Source of the DNA: an uncultured candidatus Porisulfidus sp.
GTDB taxonomy: Bacteria > Pseudomonadota > Gammaproteobacteria > Poriferisulfidales > Poriferisulfidaceae
Direction of reading: 5' to 3'
Assembly (NCBI GenBank): GCA_965204575.1
Contig: OZ241993.1
Coordinates: 448,001 to 512,000, forward strand
Length of the DNA: 64,000 nt
Under the pieces are notes generated by a model. It was given only the letters and a program-made list of their open reading frames with translations. It searched no databases and had not been told where the DNA came from. The translations under genes were made by a program, and so were the position numbers. Each line of letters opens with the position of its first letter. Positions within the stretch are counted from its first letter, which is position 1. Positions 18,969 through 29,628 of this stretch are shown here, piece after piece.

Positions 18969-21686
18969 TCAGTGCGCCTGATCCCAGTTGTCCCCGGAAC
19001 AGATGTCGACCACCATCGGAACGTCCAGTTCTCCGACTCTTTCCATTCGCTCCCTGAGACCGTCGGCGATCTCCTCGATTTTCGCGCTCGGGACTTCCGC
19101 AACCAGTTCGTCATGCACCTGGAGAATGAGCGCGCAGTCCGGATGTTCTGTCTTCAACCATCCGTGTACGTCGATCATGGCCCGCTTGATGATATCCGCT
19201 GCAGTCCCCTGCATGGGAGCATTGATCGCGGTGCGTTCCGCATACATGCGCTGGTTGTAGTTGCGTGAAGAGATGCCGTCGACATGCAGCCGTCGGCCGA
19301 GCACCGTCTCCACGTAGCCCCGTTCGCGCGCTTGTTCGCGTGTCCGGTTCATGTAGTTGAGGACTTCCGGGTAGCGCTCGAAATAGGTTTTCACGTAATC
19401 TTCCGCCTGGTTCCGGCCAATGCGCAGTTGCCGGGCAAGACCGAACCCGCTCATGCCGTACATCAATCCAAAATTGATGGCTTTCGCCGTACGGCGCTGG
19501 TCCGGCGTGACCGCATCATGGGTGATCCCGAATATTTCTGCGGCCGTCGCCCGGTGCACGTCGCCCTTGTCCCGGAAGGCCTGGCACAAGGTCGGGTCTT
19601 TCGAGATGTGGGCCATGATGCGGAGTTCGATCTGCGAATAGTCGGCCGCAATCAGGACACATCCCGGGCGTGCGACGAATGCCTGGCGGACCCGCCGGCC
19701 CTGTTCCGTCCGGATCGGGATGTTCTGCAGGTTCGGGTCGGACGAAGACAGCCGTCCGGTCGCCGTGACCGCCTGGTGGAACGAGGTATGCAGGCGCCCG
19801 GTTTCGGGATTGATCATCTGCGGCAGCTTGCCCACATAAGTCGACAGCAGCTTGGTCTGCTGCCGGTAATTCACGATCATGCCTGGTAAAACGTCCAACG
19901 CCGCCAATTCCTCCAGCACATCCTCGGCCGTGGACGGCGCGCCCTTGGGAGTCTTCCGCAATGGCTCCAAACCGCGTTCTTCGAACAGCACCTTTTGCAA
20001 TTCCTGGGTCGAGTTCAGGTTCAACTCGCGCCCGCATTCGCGGGTTATCCCTTCCTTCAGCGCCTCCAGGTCTTCCTTCAATTCTTCCGACTGCCCCTGC
20101 AAGGCTTCCGTGTCGATCAACACGCCAACCCGTTCCATGTCTTCCAATACCCGGATCAGGGGCAGTTCCAACTGCTCGTAAACCGCCCGGAGGGTCGGGG
20201 CTTTCTGCAGACGGGGCCAGAAAGTCCGGTGCAGGCGCAGCGTCATGTCCGCATCTTCGGCCGCATACTGGCTAGCCGGGTCGATCGGCACTTCATCGAA
20301 GCCGATCTGCTTCTTCCCCGTTCCCGTGACCTCGCTGTAGCGAATGGTTTCCTCGTTCAGATACATTCGGGAGAGATTGTCCAGGCTGTGTCGGCTGGCG
20401 GTCGAGTTGTACACGTACGACTCGAGCATGCTGTCGTGAATCGGGCCGCTGACAGCGGCGCCATGACGCCGCAAGACTGCCAGGTCGTATTTGAAGTGAT
20501 GCCCGATCTTGTCTAGTTTCGGGTCGGTCAGCAACGGCTGCAGCCGCTCCAGCACTTGCTCCTGATCCAGTTGCGGCGGGGAGCCCAGCGCCGTATGGCG
20601 AAGCGGAATATAGGCGGCCTTGCCCGGTGCAGTCGCAAGAGAGACCCCGACCAACGCGGCGCGCTGAGGATCCAGGCTGGTGGTTTCCGTGTCCAGCGCA
20701 AAAGTGCCGGCTTCCCGCGCGGCAGCCACCCATCGGTCCAGATCCTCCAGGGTCAGGATCGCGGAATAGTTTCTCCTGCGGGCTCCCTGAGATGCCCCGC
20801 CAGAGCTTTCGGCAGTGGCATCCTTGGAGGCATGCAGCTCTCGAAGGAACGAGCGTAGATCATGCTCCTTGTACAGGGTCTCAAGCCGCGAGAAATCGAG
20901 AGGGCGGCGCGCCAGGTCGCGAGGCGACTGGTCCAGTTCGAGATCGACTCGAATCGTAACCAGCTTTCGATACAGCGGCAAATCGTCCAGGCTGGCCCGC
21001 AAGTTCTCGCCGGATTTTCCCCTGATCGAGTCCACGTTTTCAATGAGTTTCTCCAGCGATCCGTATTCCCGAAGCCATTTGGCCGATGTTTTCGGGCCCA
21101 CTTTGGGAACCCCCGGGATGTTGTCCACCGCATCGCCGGCCAGTGTCTGGTACTCGATGAATTGATCGGGGCGCACTTCGAACTTCTCCATCACCCGGGC
21201 CGCATCCATGGGCGGGCGATCGATATCGATCAGGGTCACGTGCTCCGTGACCAGTTGCGCCATGTCCTTGTCGCTGGAGAGGATGAGCACGTCCAAGCCC
21301 TCGGCCTCGCCCTTATGTGCCAGAGTGCCGATGACGTCGTCGGCTTCGACATCCGGCACAACCAGCAGGGGCAGGCCCAGTGCCTCGATGATCTGCTGCA
21401 GCGGTTCGATTTGCGCCCTCAGTTCCGGTTCCATCGGTTTCCGGTTGGCCTTGTATTCGGGATACAAATCGTGGCGGAAGTTTTTCCCCGGAGCATCCAT
21501 GACCACCGCCACATAAGCCGGAGTGGTCAGGCGCAACTGCCTTTGCAGGGTGTTGACCACGCCGAAAATGGCACCGGTCGGGCGCCCCCGGTGATCCGTC
21601 AGGCTGGAATGTACGTGGTAGGCGCGGTGCAGATAGGCGGAACCGTCAACCAGCAACAGGTTGGGCCGCGGTTGAGGATCAGCCAT
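18969..21686 (-). CDS. polA: DNA polymerase I
   Basis: LLVDGSAYLHRAY, EADDVIGTLA, ALDTET, TATGRLSSSDPNLQNIP, ADYSQIELR, KAINFGLMYG, QVHDE; ATG at 21686. Confidence 0.98.
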   Translation of the reverse strand: MADPQPRPNLLLVDGSAYLHRAYHVHSSLTDHRGRPTGAIFGVVNTLQRQLRLTTPAYVAVVMDAPGKNFRHDLYPEYKANRKPMEPELRAQIEPLQQIIEALGLPLLVVPDVEADDVIGTLAHKGEAEGLDVLILSSDKDMAQLVTEHVTLIDIDRPPMDAARVMEKFEVRPDQFIEYQTLAGDAVDNIPGVPKVGPKTSAKWLREYGSLEKLIENVDSIRGKSGENLRASLDDLPLYRKLVTIRVDLELDQSPRDLARRPLDFSRLETLYKEHDLRSFLRELHASKDATAESSGGASQGARRRNYSAILTLEDLDRWVAAAREAGTFALDTETTSLDPQRAALVGVSLATAPGKAAYIPLRHTALGSPPQLDQEQVLERLQPLLTDPKLDKIGHHFKYDLAVLRRHGAAVSGPIHDSMLESYVYNSTASRHSLDNLSRMYLNEETIRYSEVTGTGKKQIGFDEVPIDPASQYAAEDADMTLRLHRTFWPRLQKAPTLRAVYEQLELPLIRVLEDMERVGVLIDTEALQGQSEELKEDLEALKEGITRECGRELNLNSTQELQKVLFEERGLEPLRKTPKGAPSTAEDVLEELAALDVLPGMIVNYRQQTKLLSTYVGKLPQMINPETGRLHTSFHQAVTATGRLSSSDPNLQNIPIRTEQGRRVRQAFVARPGCVLIAADYSQIELRIMAHISKDPTLCQAFRDKGDVHRATAAEIFGITHDAVTPDQRRTAKAINFGLMYGMSGFGLARQLRIGRNQAEDYVKTYFERYPEVLNYMNRTREQARERGYVETVLGRRLHVDGISSRNYNQRMYAERTAINAPMQGTAADIIKRAMIDVHGWLKTEHPDCALILQVHDELVAEVPSAKIEEIADGLRERMERVGELDVPMVVDICSGDNWDQAH

Positions 21687-21776
21687 GTTAGGAAAGAGGT
21701 GTGGCGATACGAAGGAATTCCCCATATCATATAACGGCCCTCGCACCCCAAGGATCACTGCATTCCGATACCTGCC

Positions 21777-22193
21777 ATGGCCTCCCCACCCACTCTGCGC
21801 GACATTGAGGCGATGGCCGATCAGGCATTCGCTGAAATCCCGGATGAATTGGCACGCCACGCGACCGCGGTTGCAATTCATGTGTGCGACTTCCCCGACG
21901 AGGAGACATGCCGGACGATGGAACTGGAGAGCCCGTTCGACCTTCTTGGGCTTTACCACGGCGTCAGCCTGGATCAGAAATCAGTGGACGACCTGCCGCA
22001 GGACCTGGATCATGTCTACCTGTACCGGCGTCCGATACTGGAATACTGGGAAGAACAGGGCGGTGACCTGGCGGATCTGGTCCGCCAGATACTGCTGCAC
22101 GAAATCGGTCATCACTTCGGCTTCTCGGATGCGGAAATGGACCACATCTGCGCACAGGCACACCGGGAAGCAAAAGGAATAACAGCGGACTGA
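21777..22193 (+). CDS. Minimal zincin-like metallopeptidase (Zincin_1/DUF1025-like)
   Basis: LLGLYHG, YLYRRPI, HEIGHHFG. Confidence 0.85.
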   Translation: MASPPTLRDIEAMADQAFAEIPDELARHATAVAIHVCDFPDEETCRTMELESPFDLLGLYHGVSLDQKSVDDLPQDLDHVYLYRRPILEYWEEQGGDLADLVRQILLHEIGHHFGFSDAEMDHICAQAHREAKGITAD

Positions 22194-22275
22194 ACTGATG
22201 GGCTTCCGGCGTGGGGCCGCGTGGCTTTCCGCACGCGCCGATGCGGTACGATAAAGCGCTCGTTTTCAACTTTCC

Positions 22276-22791
22276 ATGTTTGATTTTCTCGCTGCCATCG
22301 ACCGGGCGCTGAGCACGTTATGCGCCTGGACGGGCAGGGCCGTGGCCTGGTTGACGCTGGCCATGGTGCTCCTGACCGCCACCGTGGTGGTCTTGCGCTA
22401 CGGGTTCGGGTTCGGGCGGATCTACCTGCAGGAAGTCATCACGTACCTGCACGCGACCGTGTTCATGCTGGCCGCGGCCTGGACCCTGCGTCTTGACGGA
22501 CATGTGCGCGTAGACGTGCTGTACCGCTCCCTGAAGCCGCGCACTCAGGCCTGGGTGGACCTGCTCGGTTCAGTGTTCTTGCTGCTGCCGACCGCGGGCC
22601 TGTTGCTTTGGCTGTCCTACGACTATGCGGGAAAGGCTTGGGAACTGAAGGAAGCGTCACGCGAAACAGACGGCCTGCCGTTTCTGTACATCCTGAAAGC
22701 CGTCATTCCGGTCGCATCGGGACTGCTGGTCCTGCAAGGAATGGCGGACATCCTGCAACGAGCCAGGCAATTGGCGGGAGATCAGGAATGA
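22276..22791 (+). CDS. TRAP transporter small permease (DctQ family)
   Basis: 4 TM segments; VVLRY, GHVRVDVLY. Confidence 0.9.
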   Translation: MFDFLAAIDRALSTLCAWTGRAVAWLTLAMVLLTATVVVLRYGFGFGRIYLQEVITYLHATVFMLAAAWTLRLDGHVRVDVLYRSLKPRTQAWVDLLGSVFLLLPTAGLLLWLSYDYAGKAWELKEASRETDGLPFLYILKAVIPVASGLLVLQGMADILQRARQLAGDQE

Positions 22792-24161
22792 TCTGGGCGC
22801 TGACGCTGTTCGGGCTGGTCGTGCTGGTGCTGATGGCCGGCTATCCGGTCGCGTTCACGCTGGCCGGGATCTCCCTGCTGGTCGCGGCGGTGGCCACGGC
22901 GGCGGGAGTTTTTGATCCGGCCCTGCTGCTGACGCTGCCGTCAAGAGTGTTCGGCATCATGACCAACGACATCCTCATCGCGGCCCCCCTGTTCATCTTC
23001 ATGGGGGTGACCCTGCAGCGTTCGAAGGTCGCCGAGGACCTGCTGGATACGATGAGTCGATTGTGCGGGGCATTGCCCGGCGGGCTGGGTCTGTCGGTCA
23101 TGGTGGTGGGAGTCCTGCTGGCGGCGAGCACCGGCATCGTCGGAGCGACGGTGGTCACACTGGGCCTGCTGGCCCTGCCCAGCATGCTGCAGCGCGGCTA
23201 CGACCCGCCGATCGCCTGCGGCGCCATATGCGCGTCCGGCACCTTGGGGCAGATCATTCCACCTTCGATCGTCCTGGTCCTGCTGGGCGACGTGATGTCT
23301 TCCGCCTTCCAGAAAGCCCAATTGGACATGGGCATCTTTTCTCCACAAACGGTCTCGGTCGCGGACCTTTTCGCGGGGGCCATGCTCCCGGGACTGGCGC
23401 TGGTCGGACTGTACGTGGCCTACCTACTGTTCACCGCCTGGCGCAGCCCCGAGCGCCTGCCTTCAGGATTCCAGGATTCCAAGGCCCATGGACTTTCAGT
23501 TGGCGAAGTGCTGGGCGTGCTGGTGGCCCCGTTAGCCCTGATCGTCACGGTGCTTGGAGCCATTCTGGCAGGGTTTGCCACGCCAACGGAAGCGGCTTCC
23601 TTGGGGGCGGTCGGCAGCCTCCTGCTCGCACGCCGCGAGGGGCCCGTAACCCTGGACATGCTGCGCGGCATCACACGGGATACGGCGCGGGTTACCAGCA
23701 TGGTGTTCATGGTGCTGATTGGCGCCTCGATTTTCTCACTGGTGTTTCGCGGCCTCGGCGGCGATGACCTGGTGCACGAGTGGCTGTCCAATCTGCCCGG
23801 CGGCGTAATCGGCGCCATGGTGGCGGTCATGTTGTTGATGTTCCTGCTTGGCTTCGTACTGGATTTCATCGAGATTACTTACGTGGTGGTGCCCCTGGTC
23901 GGGCCCGTACTCTTGATGATGGGACTGGATCCGATCTGGCTCGGTGTGATGATCGCGATCAACCTGCAGACCTCTTTCCTGACTCCGCCGTTCGGTTTTG
24001 CCTTGTTTTACCTGCGCGGCGTTGCACCCGACACCGTGGTCACGGTACAGATCTACCGCGGCGTGATGCCGTTCATTGCCCTGCAGGTCCTGATGCTGGC
24101 CATCCTCGCGCTATGGCCGGAACTGGCAACTTGGTTGCCACAACAGATTTTTGGATATTGA
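22788..24161 (+). CDS. TRAP transporter large permease (DctM family)
   Basis: ATG at 22788; ASGTLGQIIPPS, ATPTEAA, QTSFLTPPFG. Confidence 0.92.
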   Translation: MIWALTLFGLVVLVLMAGYPVAFTLAGISLLVAAVATAAGVFDPALLLTLPSRVFGIMTNDILIAAPLFIFMGVTLQRSKVAEDLLDTMSRLCGALPGGLGLSVMVVGVLLAASTGIVGATVVTLGLLALPSMLQRGYDPPIACGAICASGTLGQIIPPSIVLVLLGDVMSSAFQKAQLDMGIFSPQTVSVADLFAGAMLPGLALVGLYVAYLLFTAWRSPERLPSGFQDSKAHGLSVGEVLGVLVAPLALIVTVLGAILAGFATPTEAASLGAVGSLLLARREGPVTLDMLRGITRDTARVTSMVFMVLIGASIFSLVFRGLGGDDLVHEWLSNLPGGVIGAMVAVMLLMFLLGFVLDFIEITYVVVPLVGPVLLMMGLDPIWLGVMIAINLQTSFLTPPFGFALFYLRGVAPDTVVTVQIYRGVMPFIALQVLMLAILALWPELATWLPQQIFGY

Positions 24162-24185
24162 GGGAACGCGTCCCGGAATTAGTAA

Positions 24186-24761
24186 TTAGTACGGTGTTTC
24201 CAGGATCATCTGCATGGTCTGCAGGCCGGTCACCACCAGTACGGCATAGATCGCGCCCGTGCTCATGATGATGATGCGCTTCTGCCGAAGCATCTCCTCA
24301 TTCATCATCGGGCCGATCAGCATCCAGGTTGCGGCAGCCAGATTGGCACCGAAGAAGCCGTAATAAGTCGCGAGTTCGCCGAATGCCGCCTGTTCACTGG
24401 CGACGATGAAGGAGCCCCAGACAGCCACAGCCGCTCCAATATAAGTCCCGACCCGGATGATCGTGGCAGAAATCATTCCGGTCGGCTGCAGCAACACCAG
24501 CAGGCCGAAAACCGAGAGTATCCACCACCAGATCAGGTTGGTCGCGTGCGGGGCGTACTCGGGGTTCTTGAACATCGAAATGGCAATCATGACGTACGTC
24601 AGTCCGCTGATTGACATAGCCAAACGGAGAATCCACAGATCCGTCTCGCGCATGCGGACGAAAGAACTGGCTATCCAGAGCGCGGCCACAAAATTGAACA
24701 GGCACGACACATAGTAAAGAACAGAATGTACAAGGGATGGGGTCGCCAGAAATTCGTTCAT
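24186..24761 (-). CDS. Hypothetical integral membrane protein (about 6 TM)
   Basis: Alternating hydrophobic segments; no family recognised; start ATG 24761 or TTG 24779. Confidence 0.6.
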   Translation of the reverse strand: MNEFLATPSLVHSVLYYVSCLFNFVAALWIASSFVRMRETDLWILRLAMSISGLTYVMIAISMFKNPEYAPHATNLIWWWILSVFGLLVLLQPTGMISATIIRVGTYIGAAVAVWGSFIVASEQAAFGELATYYGFFGANLAAATWMLIGPMMNEEMLRQKRIIIMSTGAIYAVLVVTGLQTMQMILETPY

Positions 24762-24803
24762 TGCCGGGATTCCGTTCAAGCCTCGAAGCGGCCTTATTCT
24801 ACA

Positions 24804-25871
24804 CTACCGCGTGTCCAGATACGCTTGCTCGGAAATGGCAGTCCAGTCCCGAACCCGCGCGTAAAACGCTTGGTAACTGTCGTAAACCCGCCGGGTGAAT
24901 TCGTCGGTTTCAGCCACTTCCGCAATTACCGCCTCGGCATGTTCCCGCAATGCGCTCAGCACTTCCGGGGGGAATTGGCGGAGCTCGACTTCGTATTTCT
25001 CGACCAGCGCTTTCAGCGCATCGTTGTTATGCGCGGTGAAATCGGCCATCATGTCTTGGTTGGTGGCCCGGGCGGCATTCTGCACGATGACTTGAAGATC
25101 TTTCGGCAGCGCCTCGAACGCCGGGCGGTGAACCAATCCTTCCAGCGTGGTCCCGGGTTCGTGCCAGCCGGGATAGTAGTAGTACTTCGCCGCGCGGTGC
25201 AATCCGAATGCCAAGTCGTTCCACGGGCCGACCCATTCGGTTGCGTCAATCGCCCCGGTCTGTAGCGACACCAGAAGCTCTTTGCCGCTGAGATTCACCG
25301 GCGTGCCGCCGACCCGGCGCAACACTTCGCCACCCAAGCCCGGGATGCGCATGCGCAGGCCCTGCAGGTCTTCGAGCCCTCGGATCTCACGCTTGAACCA
25401 CCCGCCCATCTGGACCATGGTGTTTCCTGCCGCCAGCGGGACCACGTCGAACGGAGCATAGGCTTCCTCCCATAGTTCCATGCCCCCTCCCTTGTACAAC
25501 CAGCCGTTCATCTCATTGGCCGTCATGCCGAACGGCATGGTGGAGAAGAACTGGAACGCCGGGTTCTTGCCTTTCCAGTAGTAGGCCGCGCCGTGGCCCA
25601 TCTGCGCCGCACCCTGGCTTACCGCATCGAACACTTCGAACGCCGGCACCAGTTCGCCGGCTCCGTACACCTGCACCTGCAGGCGTCCGCCGGACATCTC
25701 GCCAATCGCCTGCGCCAGGAATTCCGCACCGGTGCCCAGGCCGGGAAAGTTCTTCGGCCAAGTGGTGACCATTTTCCAGTGCAGGGGCTCATCAGCGTTC
25801 GCCCGGCCCGCCAAGCCAAGCCCGGCAACTGCAGTGACCGCGCCCGCGCCTAGGAACTCCCGTCGTTGCAT
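24804..25871 (-). CDS. TRAP substrate-binding protein (DctP family, TakP-like) with Tat signal
   Basis: MQRREFLG Tat motif, WKMVTTWP, QMGGWF, LRMRIPGLG, YYPGWHEPG. Confidence 0.9.
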   Translation of the reverse strand: MQRREFLGAGAVTAVAGLGLAGRANADEPLHWKMVTTWPKNFPGLGTGAEFLAQAIGEMSGGRLQVQVYGAGELVPAFEVFDAVSQGAAQMGHGAAYYWKGKNPAFQFFSTMPFGMTANEMNGWLYKGGGMELWEEAYAPFDVVPLAAGNTMVQMGGWFKREIRGLEDLQGLRMRIPGLGGEVLRRVGGTPVNLSGKELLVSLQTGAIDATEWVGPWNDLAFGLHRAAKYYYYPGWHEPGTTLEGLVHRPAFEALPKDLQVIVQNAARATNQDMMADFTAHNNDALKALVEKYEVELRQFPPEVLSALREHAEAVIAEVAETDEFTRRVYDSYQAFYARVRDWTAISEQAYLDTR

Positions 25872-25900
25872 CTAGTCCTCCTTGGGTGCGAAATCGCTGT

Positions 25901-28087
25901 TTATCGGCACTCGAGTTTTGCGTAGTCGTACATGAGCCATTTGACGCCGGCGTCCTCGAAGCGTACCTGAACCCGCAAATGCGGCGGCCGACCTTCGTAT
26001 TCTACGATGATGCCGGGACCGAACTTCGGGTGCGCCACCGGCGTGCCTGGACCGGGGACGTCCAGATTGGGCGGAGGCGCCGGACGGGCGGCACCGGCCC
26101 CGGACCTCGCCGAAAGCGCAGACGCAGGTGGGGCGAAGTCCCGCGGCACTTCGGTCACCGTATGTTCGTCGGGCAGTTCCTGAAGAAAGCGCGACGGAAT
26201 CAGGCCCGAGGAAGTCCGCCCGAAAATCAGCCGTTCGTAGGCATGCGTCAAGACCAACCGCTGCCGGGCGCGGGTCATGCCCACATAGCAAAGCCGGCGT
26301 TCTTCTTCCAGCGGGGAGTCCTCTCGCGTCATCGGCAGGATGCCATCTTCCAGTCCAACGATGAACACCAGTGGAAACTCCAGCCCCTTGGCCATGTGCA
26401 GGGTCATCAACTGAACCGCATTCCCGGGCACGCCTTCACCCCGCTCGCCCGCTTCCAGCGCCGTGCTGTCCAAGAACGCTTCCGCCAAGCCAGGGCTGCC
26501 ATCTTCGTCAGGCTCCTCCCAGTTGTCCACGAATGCCGCGGCGGAATTCACCAGTTCCCCCAGATTCTCGCTGCGCGTCTCCTCCAACTCCCGGTCGGTC
26601 TCCTGGTACATCTCCAATAACCCGGATTGGTCCAGGATGCGCCGGATGGTTTCCGCCAATCCACGCCCTTCGGTCTCCTCACGCAGGGCCTCCAGGCATT
26701 GCTCGAATTCCTCCAGTGCCCGGCCCGCCTGCGAAGTGGATCGGCTTCTAGCCTGTTCCTGCGCCGCTGAAAACAGCGATTCTCCGGCGGCAGTCGCAAC
26801 TGTTCGAACGGCTTCGATTGTCTTCGCACCTATCTTCCGGGGAGGAACATTGCACACCCGCTGCCAGGCGACATCATCATCCGGATTCAGGCACAGCCGC
26901 AGATAGGCCAAGGTGTCTTTCACCTCGCGCCGCTCGAAGAACCGGATGCCCCCGTACACCCGGTAGGGGATTTGCCGGTTGTTCAGGTTCGTCTCGAAAG
27001 GTTGCGACTGCCGGTTCGTGCGGTAGAGCACGGCACACCCGTCCCACCGTCCTCCGTCTTCCACCCACTGTTCGATCTTTCCGATGACGTAGTTGGCTTC
27101 CGCCCCTCCGGTCGGTGCGCTGAACACGGTGATCGGATCTTGTTCGGCCCGGTCGGTCCACAACCGCTTCTTCAGCCGGTCGTAGTTGTTCCCGATCAGG
27201 GCATTGGCCGCCTCAAGCACCGGGCTGGTGGAGCGGTAGTTCTGCTCCAACGGCCAGACCTGGACATTCTCGTGGTTTTGCTGAAAGTCGAGGATATGTT
27301 TCGGGCGCGCCCCCCGCCAGCCATAGATCGATTGGTCGTCGTCGCCAACTACGAACAACGGGCGTTCGCCGCCCGCCAGCAGCTCCAGCCAGGCATTCTG
27401 CAAATCGTCCACATCCTGGAATTCATCCACCAGCAGATGCCGGAACCGCAACTGGTAGTGCTTCTGGACGGCTGGATGATCGCGCAGCAGTTCGACGCAG
27501 CGCAACAGCAGTTCATCGAAATCTACCAAGCCGCTCTGTTCGCAGCGCCGCTCGTATCGCTCCATGACCGGGAGACGGGCTTGTTCCCGACCGCTTTCGG
27601 GCTCGATATGGCGGGCGCGCAGGCCCTCTCCCTTCTTCAGGCTGATCCACCGAATGGCGTCGGCGACATCGCGCGCCTTGCGCGGCTGGTCAAGGTCTCG
27701 AAGAATCTGACGAATCAGGGTTTTCTGGTCCTCTCGATCCAGAATCTGGAAGTTCCCGGGCAACCCGGCCTCGTCGTGAAAGCGCAACAGCATCCTGCGG
27801 GCCAGCGCGTGGAACGTCCCGACCCACAGACCGCCCGCGGGCTGCCCCCGCAACCGTTCGATGCGCTCCCGCATCTCGGTCGCCGCCTTGTTGGTGAACG
27901 TAACCGTCAGGATTTCTTTCGGCTGGATATCCTGCGTCTTCACCAGCCAGGCAAAACGGTGGGTCAGCACCCGGGTCTTTCCGGAGCCGGCGCCCGCCAG
28001 CACCAAAGTGCAGGAATCCGGATCCGATGTGACCGCGTTGCGCTGCGCTTCGTTCAGGACATCCAGTATCGGGTCCGCCGGGGTCAT
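25901..28087 (-). CDS. uvrD: DNA helicase II (UvrD/PcrA family)
   Basis: AGAGSGKT, VDEFQD, VGDDDQSIYGWRGA, LEQNYRST, AKGLEF, EERRLCYVGMTRA, C-terminal HPKFG; ATG at 28087. Confidence 0.93.
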   Translation of the reverse strand: MTPADPILDVLNEAQRNAVTSDPDSCTLVLAGAGSGKTRVLTHRFAWLVKTQDIQPKEILTVTFTNKAATEMRERIERLRGQPAGGLWVGTFHALARRMLLRFHDEAGLPGNFQILDREDQKTLIRQILRDLDQPRKARDVADAIRWISLKKGEGLRARHIEPESGREQARLPVMERYERRCEQSGLVDFDELLLRCVELLRDHPAVQKHYQLRFRHLLVDEFQDVDDLQNAWLELLAGGERPLFVVGDDDQSIYGWRGARPKHILDFQQNHENVQVWPLEQNYRSTSPVLEAANALIGNNYDRLKKRLWTDRAEQDPITVFSAPTGGAEANYVIGKIEQWVEDGGRWDGCAVLYRTNRQSQPFETNLNNRQIPYRVYGGIRFFERREVKDTLAYLRLCLNPDDDVAWQRVCNVPPRKIGAKTIEAVRTVATAAGESLFSAAQEQARSRSTSQAGRALEEFEQCLEALREETEGRGLAETIRRILDQSGLLEMYQETDRELEETRSENLGELVNSAAAFVDNWEEPDEDGSPGLAEAFLDSTALEAGERGEGVPGNAVQLMTLHMAKGLEFPLVFIVGLEDGILPMTREDSPLEEERRLCYVGMTRARQRLVLTHAYERLIFGRTSSGLIPSRFLQELPDEHTVTEVPRDFAPPASALSARSGAGAARPAPPPNLDVPGPGTPVAHPKFGPGIIVEYEGRPPHLRVQVRFEDAGVKWLMYDYAKLECR

Positions 28088-29628
28088 CCGCCCCCCCAGT
28101 GCAGGAATGCCAGCCAGCCGCCCATCGCCAACGCCGCGATTGCGGCAACTGCCAGCCAGAGGCGGGTGTGTTTGAGCTTGCGCCGGGAAGTCTCGAGTTT
28201 CGTCTGAAGCATCGGCGAGGGATCCGGCGGCGGAGCGGCCGGAGGATCTCCAAGGAAATGCTCGACCATCTGCGGGATGCGGTGGCGCACAAGCCGGGCC
28301 AGTGCAAGCAACCCGGTCTGCTCGCTCACCCAGCGATCCATGAAAGGCTTGGCAGTCGTCCACAGGTCGAGATCCGGATACAGTTCGCGGCCAACGCCTT
28401 CGATGTTGACCAGGGTCTTCTGCAACAGCAGCAGTTGCGGCTGCACTTCCATCTGGAAGCGGCTCGCGGTCTGGAACAGCCGCAGCAGCAGGTTCGCAAA
28501 CGAAATCTCGGAAAACGGCCGCTGGAAGATCGGCTCGCATACCGTGCGGATGGCCGCTTCGAAGTCCGCGACCCGGGTCTCGGGCGGCACCCAACCGGAT
28601 TCCACGTGCAGTTCCGCCACCCGTCGGTAGTCGTTGTTGAAGAAAGCCGCGAGGTTGAACGCCAGGTAGCGCTGGTCTGAAGCCGACAGCGATCCCATGA
28701 TGCCGAAGTCCACCGCGCTGTACTTCGGCGATTCCGGGGTCTCCCGGGAAATGAAGATGTTGCCGGGGTGCATGTCGGCGTGGAAGAAATTGTGGTCGAA
28801 CACCTGGGTGAAGAAAATCTCCACGCCCCGTTCGGCCAGGCATTTCAGGTCGACTCCATGACGCACCAGTTCCTCGCGGTCCGAGATCTGGATCCCGTAG
28901 ATGCGTTCCATGGTCATGACGTCCCGGGCGGTGTAGTCCCAGAACACTTCCGGCACGTACAGCAGCTCGCTGCTCTCGAAGTTGCGGCGCAGTTGGCTGG
29001 CGTTGGCGGCCTCCCGCGTCAGATCCAGTTCGTCAAAAATAACGCTCTCGTATTCGGTCACCAGATCCACCGGATGCAGGCGCCGGGATCCCTCCCAGGC
29101 TCGCTCGAGGAACCAGGCCAATCGGTACATCATCCGAATGTCGCGGCGAATCGTCTTCTCGATCCCGGGGCGCAGCACCTTGACGATGACGTCGGTATCA
29201 CCCAGGCGCGCCGCGTGCACCTGGGCCACCGAGGCGGAGGCGAGCGGCGTGGTGTCGAACTGGCTGAACATCTCCCGTACCGACCGCCCCAATGACCGCT
29301 CGACAACCTTGCGCGCCGCCTCCCCGTCGAATGGCGGCACCCGGTCCTGGAGCAGGGCCAGTTCGTCGGCCAGGTCAGTGGGAAGCAGGTCGCGCCGGGT
29401 CGACAGCATCTGCCCGAACTTGACGAAAATGGGACCCAGGTCCTCCAGTGTGTGCCGAATGCGCTCCGCCCGCGGCCTGCGCGACCAGCGGAACCAGTTC
29501 CAGGGCAGCAGGTAAAGCAGCCCGCGTCCCAGCCGGAACCGGGACAGGGCGATTTCGTCGAGGCCGTGGCGCAGCAGCACCCACGGGATATAGAGCGGTC
29601 GCGCGAGAATGCGCCCTTGCCCGTTCAT
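28084..29628 (-). CDS. ubiB: Ubiquinone biosynthesis kinase-like protein UbiB
   Basis: LGPIFVKFGQMLSTRRD, ASASVAQVH, FFHADMHPGN, DFGI. Confidence 0.96.
   Translation of the reverse strand: MNGQGRILARPLYIPWVLLRHGLDEIALSRFRLGRGLLYLLPWNWFRWSRRPRAERIRHTLEDLGPIFVKFGQMLSTRRDLLPTDLADELALLQDRVPPFDGEAARKVVERSLGRSVREMFSQFDTTPLASASVAQVHAARLGDTDVIVKVLRPGIEKTIRRDIRMMYRLAWFLERAWEGSRRLHPVDLVTEYESVIFDELDLTREAANASQLRRNFESSELLYVPEVFWDYTARDVMTMERIYGIQISDREELVRHGVDLKCLAERGVEIFFTQVFDHNFFHADMHPGNIFISRETPESPKYSAVDFGIMGSLSASDQRYLAFNLAAFFNNDYRRVAELHVESGWVPPETRVADFEAAIRTVCEPIFQRPFSEISFANLLLRLFQTASRFQMEVQPQLLLLQKTLVNIEGVGRELYPDLDLWTTAKPFMDRWVSEQTGLLALARLVRHRIPQMVEHFLGDPPAAPPPDPSPMLQTKLETSRRKLKHTRLWLAVAAIAALAMGGWLAFLHWGGG

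Noticed and set aside
25901-28843. Long N-terminal extensions in the ORF track (uvrD 980 aa; likewise xerC, polA, thyA, ubiH, dctM)
   Set aside because: Open-frame run-through into neighbouring genes in GC-rich DNA; conserved starts lie downstream
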